Assembly (NCBI GenBank): GCA_963779755.1
Contig: CAVZZO010000001.1
Span: forward strand, 1,472,001 to 1,536,000
Direction of reading: 5' to 3'
From: an uncultured Gemmatimonadales bacterium
GTDB taxonomy: Bacteria; Gemmatimonadota; Gemmatimonadetes; Gemmatimonadales; GWC2-71-9
Length of the DNA: 64,000 nucleotides
Shown here: one piece after another, positions 59,948 through 64,000 of the stretch
How positions within the stretch are numbered: position 1 is the first letter of the stretch
Layout of the letters: every line of letters begins with the position of its first letter
Notes under the pieces: generated by a model
Told to the model about the DNA's origin: nothing
Databases searched by the model: none
What the model saw: the letters and a program-made list of their open reading frames with translations, nothing else
Position numbers and translations under genes: made by a program

Positions 59948-60360
59948 TCAGTCGTCAGTCCTCAGTCCTCAGTCCTCAGTCCTCAGTCCTCAATCGGCTC
60001 GTCCTCGCCGAGCCCCTCCGCACGCTGAAGTGCGCCACCGGGGAAGGGCGTCGCATGTCTCCAAGGACATACGCGCGCTGCGGGAGGCCTCGGTGTCGGA
60101 CTCGCCACGAGCTTCCCGCTCAGTCCGCAGTCCGCAGTCCGCAGTCCGCAGTCCGCAGTCGGCTCGTCCTCGCCGAGCCTCCCTCCGCGCGCTGAAGTGC
60201 GCCACCGGGGGAGGGCGTCGCATGTCCCCAAGGCACATACGCGCGCTGCGGGAGGCCTCGGCGTCGGACTCGCCACGAGCTTCCCGCTCAGTCCTCAGTC
60301 CTCAGTCCTCAGTCCTCAGCCCTCAGCCCTCAGCCCTCAGCCCTCAGTCCTCACCCCTCA
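59948..60360. repeat. Composite repeat: heptamer arrays (CAGTCCT / CAGTCCG / CAGCCCT) separating two near-identical ~130-bp structured units (59994-60120, 60159-60288)
   Basis: Direct comparison of the two units shows 4 substitutions and 3 inserted nt; three heptamer arrays of about 6, 5 and 10 copies. Confidence 0.92.
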
Positions 60361-61032
60361 CACCTTCTCCAGCTCGCGGGTGCAGAAATACCAGTCGCGG
60401 CAGAGGAACTCCGCTTCCTGCAGACGGGCTTCGGCGCCATCCTGGGTGACCGGCGGGGGCAGCAGTACCGCCTCCCCGGGCTGCCAGTTGGCCGGGGTGG
60501 CGACCTTGCACGCATCGCTGGCCTGCAGGGCGATGACCAGCCGGAGAATCTCTTCGGTGTTCCGTCCCGTGGTCAGGGGGTAGTACAGCATGGCGCGGAC
60601 GGCCTGCCGGTCGTCGATCACGAAGACGCAGCGGGTGGCTTCGGTGCCGCTTTCGCCCGGCATGACCATGCCGTAGCGGGTGGCGACGGCGCGGTCGAGG
60701 TCGGCGATGATCGGGAAGCCCACGCGGATACCGTGGGTTTCTTCCAGGTTCCGCAGCCAGGCGATATGGGAGTACACGCTGTCGACACTGAGCCCCAGCA
60801 GCTCGCAGTGGTGGGTCCGCAGCCGTTCCTGCAGACCGGCGAAGGCCAGGATTTCCGTGGTGCAGACGGGGGTGAAGTCGGCCGGATGCGAAAAGAGCAC
60901 CAGCCAGTTGCCGGCGTAGTCCTCCAGGCGAATGACTCCCTGGGTAGTGACGGCTTCGAACGGGGGGGCCGGTGCGCCGAGACGGGGCAGGCCGGGCGCG
61001 GGTTCGGTGATCTGATCGGGGGAGGACGACAT
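60358..61032 (-). CDS. Peroxiredoxin (Prx6 class)
   Basis: FSHPADFTPVCTTE, GLSVDS..SH..W, YP..TGRN..EILR, TPANW; CAGGAG RBS before MSSSPD. Confidence 0.93.
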   Translation of the reverse strand: MSSSPDQITEPAPGLPRLGAPAPPFEAVTTQGVIRLEDYAGNWLVLFSHPADFTPVCTTEILAFAGLQERLRTHHCELLGLSVDSVYSHIAWLRNLEETHGIRVGFPIIADLDRAVATRYGMVMPGESGTEATRCVFVIDDRQAVRAMLYYPLTTGRNTEEILRLVIALQASDACKVATPANWQPGEAVLLPPPVTQDGAEARLQEAEFLCRDWYFCTRELEKV

Positions 61033-61248
61033 TGGTGCTCCTGATGGAGAGTCTGACGCGGACGCGCTCGGGTGCGTCATGATGGGTCCGTGGGGCTGAG
61101 AGGAGCGTGAAACGGGGGTGAATTCCGCGCCGGCGCGGCGTGACCTGGGGCACGGACGGGGGGCGCATGCTTGACGATGCTACCCGGGTCCGCCACACTT
61201 GGGCGCCCCCGCCGGGGGAGAGAGCTCACTTCCGAGGGAGGACTCTGC

Positions 61249-62079
61249 GTGTCGTTCGCGCGCTGGAAGCACCGGCTCCTGCCGGTCACACATCGGATCG
61301 CCGTCGCGCTCCTGCTCTGCGCCACCGCCGGTACCGCGTTGCTGCAGGCCCAGGTGCCCGATACCACCAAGCAGCGCCAGAAGGTGGACAGCGCGCTGCA
61401 GAAGCGGGCCGAGCAACGGGTTATCCGCAGCGCCCACAAGATCAAGCTGTGGGAAGTTGCCGCCGTGGCCGGCGGGGTCGCCGTGGCCTCCGCCGCCGAC
61501 CTGACCGTCCGCGACTACGTGCAGGACCACCGCAGCCATTTCCTCGACAGCAAGCTGTCCATCTTCCGACGGGCGGGACAGCCGGAGGTCTACGCCACCG
61601 TCAGCCTCGGCGTGTACGGGGTGGGGCTCATCTCGGGCAGCAAGGAGGTCACCCGGGCCGGTCGCCGGCTGGTGGCCGCGGTGGGGCTGGCGGGCGCCTC
61701 GGCGCTCGCGGTGAAGGAGCTGGTGGGGCGAATCCGCCCCGACGGGGCTCCGGGCGATCAATACCGCTTCAAGCCCTTTTCCGGCAACGACGCCTTCCCT
61801 TCCGGCCATACCACCGCTGCCTTCGCGCTGGCCACGTCCCTGTCCGACGACATCAACAACACCTACGCGTCGATCGCCCTGTATTCCGCCGCCGGCTTTA
61901 CGGCCTGGTCCCGTATCAACGACAACCGGCACTGGTTCAGCGATACCATGGCGGGCGCGGCACTGGGGGTTCTCTCGGCCAAGCTGGTGAACGGTCACTG
62001 GCAGATCTTCAATATCCATCCTCCCGGCTGGCTGGTGGTGCCGACCACCGCCGGCGTGGCGGTGAGCATGCAGTTCTGA
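61249..62079 (+). CDS. PAP2-family phosphatase
   Basis: K...GR.RP, FPSGH, SR....HW.SD; GAGGGAGG RBS before GTG 61249. Confidence 0.88.
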   Translation: MSFARWKHRLLPVTHRIAVALLLCATAGTALLQAQVPDTTKQRQKVDSALQKRAEQRVIRSAHKIKLWEVAAVAGGVAVASAADLTVRDYVQDHRSHFLDSKLSIFRRAGQPEVYATVSLGVYGVGLISGSKEVTRAGRRLVAAVGLAGASALAVKELVGRIRPDGAPGDQYRFKPFSGNDAFPSGHTTAAFALATSLSDDINNTYASIALYSAAGFTAWSRINDNRHWFSDTMAGAALGVLSAKLVNGHWQIFNIHPPGWLVVPTTAGVAVSMQF

Positions 62080-62094
62080 GAGGGCGGAGAAGGC

Positions 62095-62132
62095 CGAGGG
62101 GGTCGAGGCCCATCCGGACCTCGGCCCCCTCG
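62095..62132. terminator. Hairpin between convergent genes
   Basis: cgagggggtcgagg ... cctcggccccctcg. Confidence 0.6.
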
Positions 62133-62157
62133 ATTGTCCTGCGATACGGTATCAGGA

Positions 62158-62724
62158 TCAGTACCCGGACGTGTCCTTCTGAGTGGTATCGTGCCTTATC
62201 CCGGTATCGCCCGGCTGCATGTTCATGCTGCCGCCGGTGGACATCGTATCCCGCGGAATCGGCGCGCAGGCGATGATGGTGCCGGGCTTCTTCTCCGTCC
62301 CGCCGACCTCGTGCACCGCCACGATGTGACTGCCGTCCATGATCGAATCGATGGGCATGTCCACGATGGTCGTACTGTTCAGCGACTGGTCGTTGCCGAC
62401 CACATCCTGCAGGGGCTTCACGACCTTGCCCGGGTTGTCGCAGGTGCCTTCATGGATATGCGCGGGGTGATTCCCCGCCTTGGCCTGCAGCGTGATCACC
62501 ACGGTGGTCCGCTGTTCCAGGGGGGTCAGGCTCAACTGCCCGCTGGCATCGGAGTTGTTCTCCGACTGCAGGTCGATCTTCCTGGTCTGGGGCACGTTGG
62601 TCTCCGCAGCTGGAGCCATCTCGGCGCCAGCCGGCGGGGTCTGCTCGTTGCGCTCCCGCCCGTTACAGGCCATCAGAACCGCGAGGGGGGCGAGGGCCAG
62701 GCCCCAGAGTCTCCGCTGCGTCAT
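62158..62724 (-). CDS. Lipoprotein with a compact Cu/Zn-SOD-like or CHRD-like His motif domain
   Basis: Lipobox LMAC; HPAHIHEGTC...VAVHE...IIAC. Confidence 0.7.
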   Translation of the reverse strand: MTQRRLWGLALAPLAVLMACNGRERNEQTPPAGAEMAPAAETNVPQTRKIDLQSENNSDASGQLSLTPLEQRTTVVITLQAKAGNHPAHIHEGTCDNPGKVVKPLQDVVGNDQSLNSTTIVDMPIDSIMDGSHIVAVHEVGGTEKKPGTIIACAPIPRDTMSTGGSMNMQPGDTGIRHDTTQKDTSGY

Positions 62725-62871
62725 GTGTGTGTCCCTCCTCTGGGTTTCCTACGTAAATCACGGGCGCCGGACGCGCCGACGCCCCGCCGAGTGTTCGGCT
62801 CCCGCAGTGTAGGGAATCTGCCCGTCGGCGGGCCGTGACAGCGCTCACGGGAAAGCGTCGGCCATCCCGGG

Positions 62872-62901
62872 TTGACATTCCGACTAAAAAGGTCGTATTT
62901 C
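62872..62901 (+). promoter_or_regulatory. Promoter (TTGACA) with overlapping dyad CGAC-N7-GTCG, resembling an Rrf2 (IscR/CymR) operator
   Basis: ttgacattccgactaaaaaggtcgtatttc upstream of the sulfurtransferase. Confidence 0.45.
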
Positions 62902-62937
62902 CTTCCCGTTCTCTGCTCATCCTCCGAGGGTCCCGCC

Positions 62938-63825
62938 ATGCCTGATACCACAACCGACGCCACGCCCATTGCCGCGCGGGGATACGCGCACCCCGAAGTC
63001 CTGGTCTCGACCGACTGGGTGGCCGAGCATCTCGACGATCCGTCCGTGCGCCTGGTGGAATCGGATGAGGATCTGCTGCTGTACGACTCGGGCCACATCC
63101 CGGGGGCGGTCAAGGTGGACTGGGTGAACGACCTCAACGATCCCCTCCTGCGCGACTACGTGGGGCGGGAGCAGCTGCAGGCGCTGCTGCGCTCCCTGGG
63201 GATCAGCCGGGAGACGACCATCGTGCTCTACGGCGACAAGAACAACTGGTGGGCCACCTACGCCTTCTGGGTGTTCCGGCTGTTCGGGCTGGACCGGCTC
63301 CGCATCATGGACGGCGGCCGCGCCCGCTGGGCAGACGAGGGGCGCCCCCTGGTGAAGGAGGTCCCCTCCTATCCCGAGGGCAACATTACCTTGGCCGACC
63401 GCAACGACCAGGCGATCCGGGCTTTCCGTGACGACGTGTTGCAGCACCTGGCCCGTAAGGGTCCGCTGGTGGATGTGCGCAGTCCGGAGGAGTACCGCGG
63501 CGAGCGGCTGCACATGGCCGACTACCCCAATGAGGGCGCGCTGCGGGGTGGCCATATTCCGGGGGCGCGGAACATTCCCTGGGGCCGCGCGATCACGCCG
63601 GAGACGCACACCTTCCGCCCGGCCGACGAGCTGCGCGCGATCTACCAGGAGGAGCAGGGCCTGGCGCCGGGGCAGAAGATCATCGCCTACTGCCGGATCG
63701 GCGAGCGGTCGTCGCACACCTGGTTCGTGCTGACCTATCTGCTGGGGTTCGCCGGCGTGCGGAACTACGACGGGTCCTGGACGGAGTGGGGCAATTCGGT
63801 GGGAGTGCCGATCGAGCGTCCCTGA
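62938..63825 (+). CDS. Tandem-domain rhodanese / thiosulfate sulfurtransferase (SseA/CysA-like)
   Basis: [29 protein letters not shown], active site [18 protein letters not shown]. Confidence 0.95.
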   Translation: MPDTTTDATPIAARGYAHPEVLVSTDWVAEHLDDPSVRLVESDEDLLLYDSGHIPGAVKVDWVNDLNDPLLRDYVGREQLQALLRSLGISRETTIVLYGDKNNWWATYAFWVFRLFGLDRLRIMDGGRARWADEGRPLVKEVPSYPEGNITLADRNDQAIRAFRDDVLQHLARKGPLVDVRSPEEYRGERLHMADYPNEGALRGGHIPGARNIPWGRAITPETHTFRPADELRAIYQEEQGLAPGQKIIAYCRIGERSSHTWFVLTYLLGFAGVRNYDGSWTEWGNSVGVPIERP

Positions 63826-64000
63826 ACCGCGACCATGGCCTTCAGACGGCGCACCACGGCGCTGAGTCCCTGGGTCCGCGTCATGCCCAGCGCCTCGGTG
63901 AGCCGGAGGCGGTCGAGCAGATCGTCCGGGAGTTCCGCCACCTGGGTGGCCGGTTTGCCGTCCAGGGCGGCCAGCAGCAGGGAGACGAACCCCCGCACGG
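63765..64000 (-). CDS. sufE: SufE-family protein, C-terminal part (5' end outside window)
   Basis: RGFVSLL...LDG.....V...PDD....L.L...LGM.R..GL.A...RLK. Confidence 0.75.
   Translation of the reverse strand, partial: VRGFVSLLLAALDGKPATQVAELPDDLLDRLRLTEALGMTRTQGLSAVVRRLKAMVAVQGRSIGTPTELPHSVQDPS

Noticed and set aside
59948..60360. CRISPR array interpretation of the composite repeat
   Set aside because: The long units are near-identical rather than unique spacers, the short units are 7-mers, and there are no cas genes in the window.

Overview
High-GC bacterial chromosomal window. Gene style (Ser/Thr kinase-TPR, M1 peptidase, DUF4384, DinB, Ig-like lipoproteins) suggests Gemmatimonadota, which is an inference. 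The left ~19 kb is housekeeping: lepA; a closely coupled DUF58-BatA(frameshifted)-mfd-PPIase-surA-pdxA run; a CNNM/CBS protein; a CDF transporter; typA; a tiny hyper-acidic protein; and a stand-alone tRNA-Ile(GAT). Next is a ~10 kb copper/silver cluster: CusCBA-type pump, P-II-like protein, DUF411/CopG-like protein, diheme cytochrome c, Met-rich lipoprotein and micro-protein, and a permease. The rest is a patchwork: a four-helix-bundle (IVP/Avd-like) gene, hydrolases, tamAB, an Ig-cupredoxin/beta-barrel/YceI operon, a HemG-like flavodoxin, a methyltransferase/FAD-oxidoreductase pair, an NRDE/TANGO2 gene, a GH63-like hydrolase, a glycogen-debranching enzyme fused to a GNAT, an AidB-like dehydrogenase, a peroxiredoxin, PAP2, a SOD-like lipoprotein, a rhodanese and a partial SufE. 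The most unusual non-coding signals are: (i) a tandem pair of ~130-nt structured units embedded in heptamer arrays (59948-60360); (ii) a window-wide family of 7/8/9-mer short tandem repeats at gene junctions, some as inverted arms; and (iii) seven genes with a leaderless TANNNT-N5-7-ATG start. No integrase, transposase, reverse transcriptase, cas gene or CRISPR array was seen. All family assignments are from motif recognition by eye, with no database searches.
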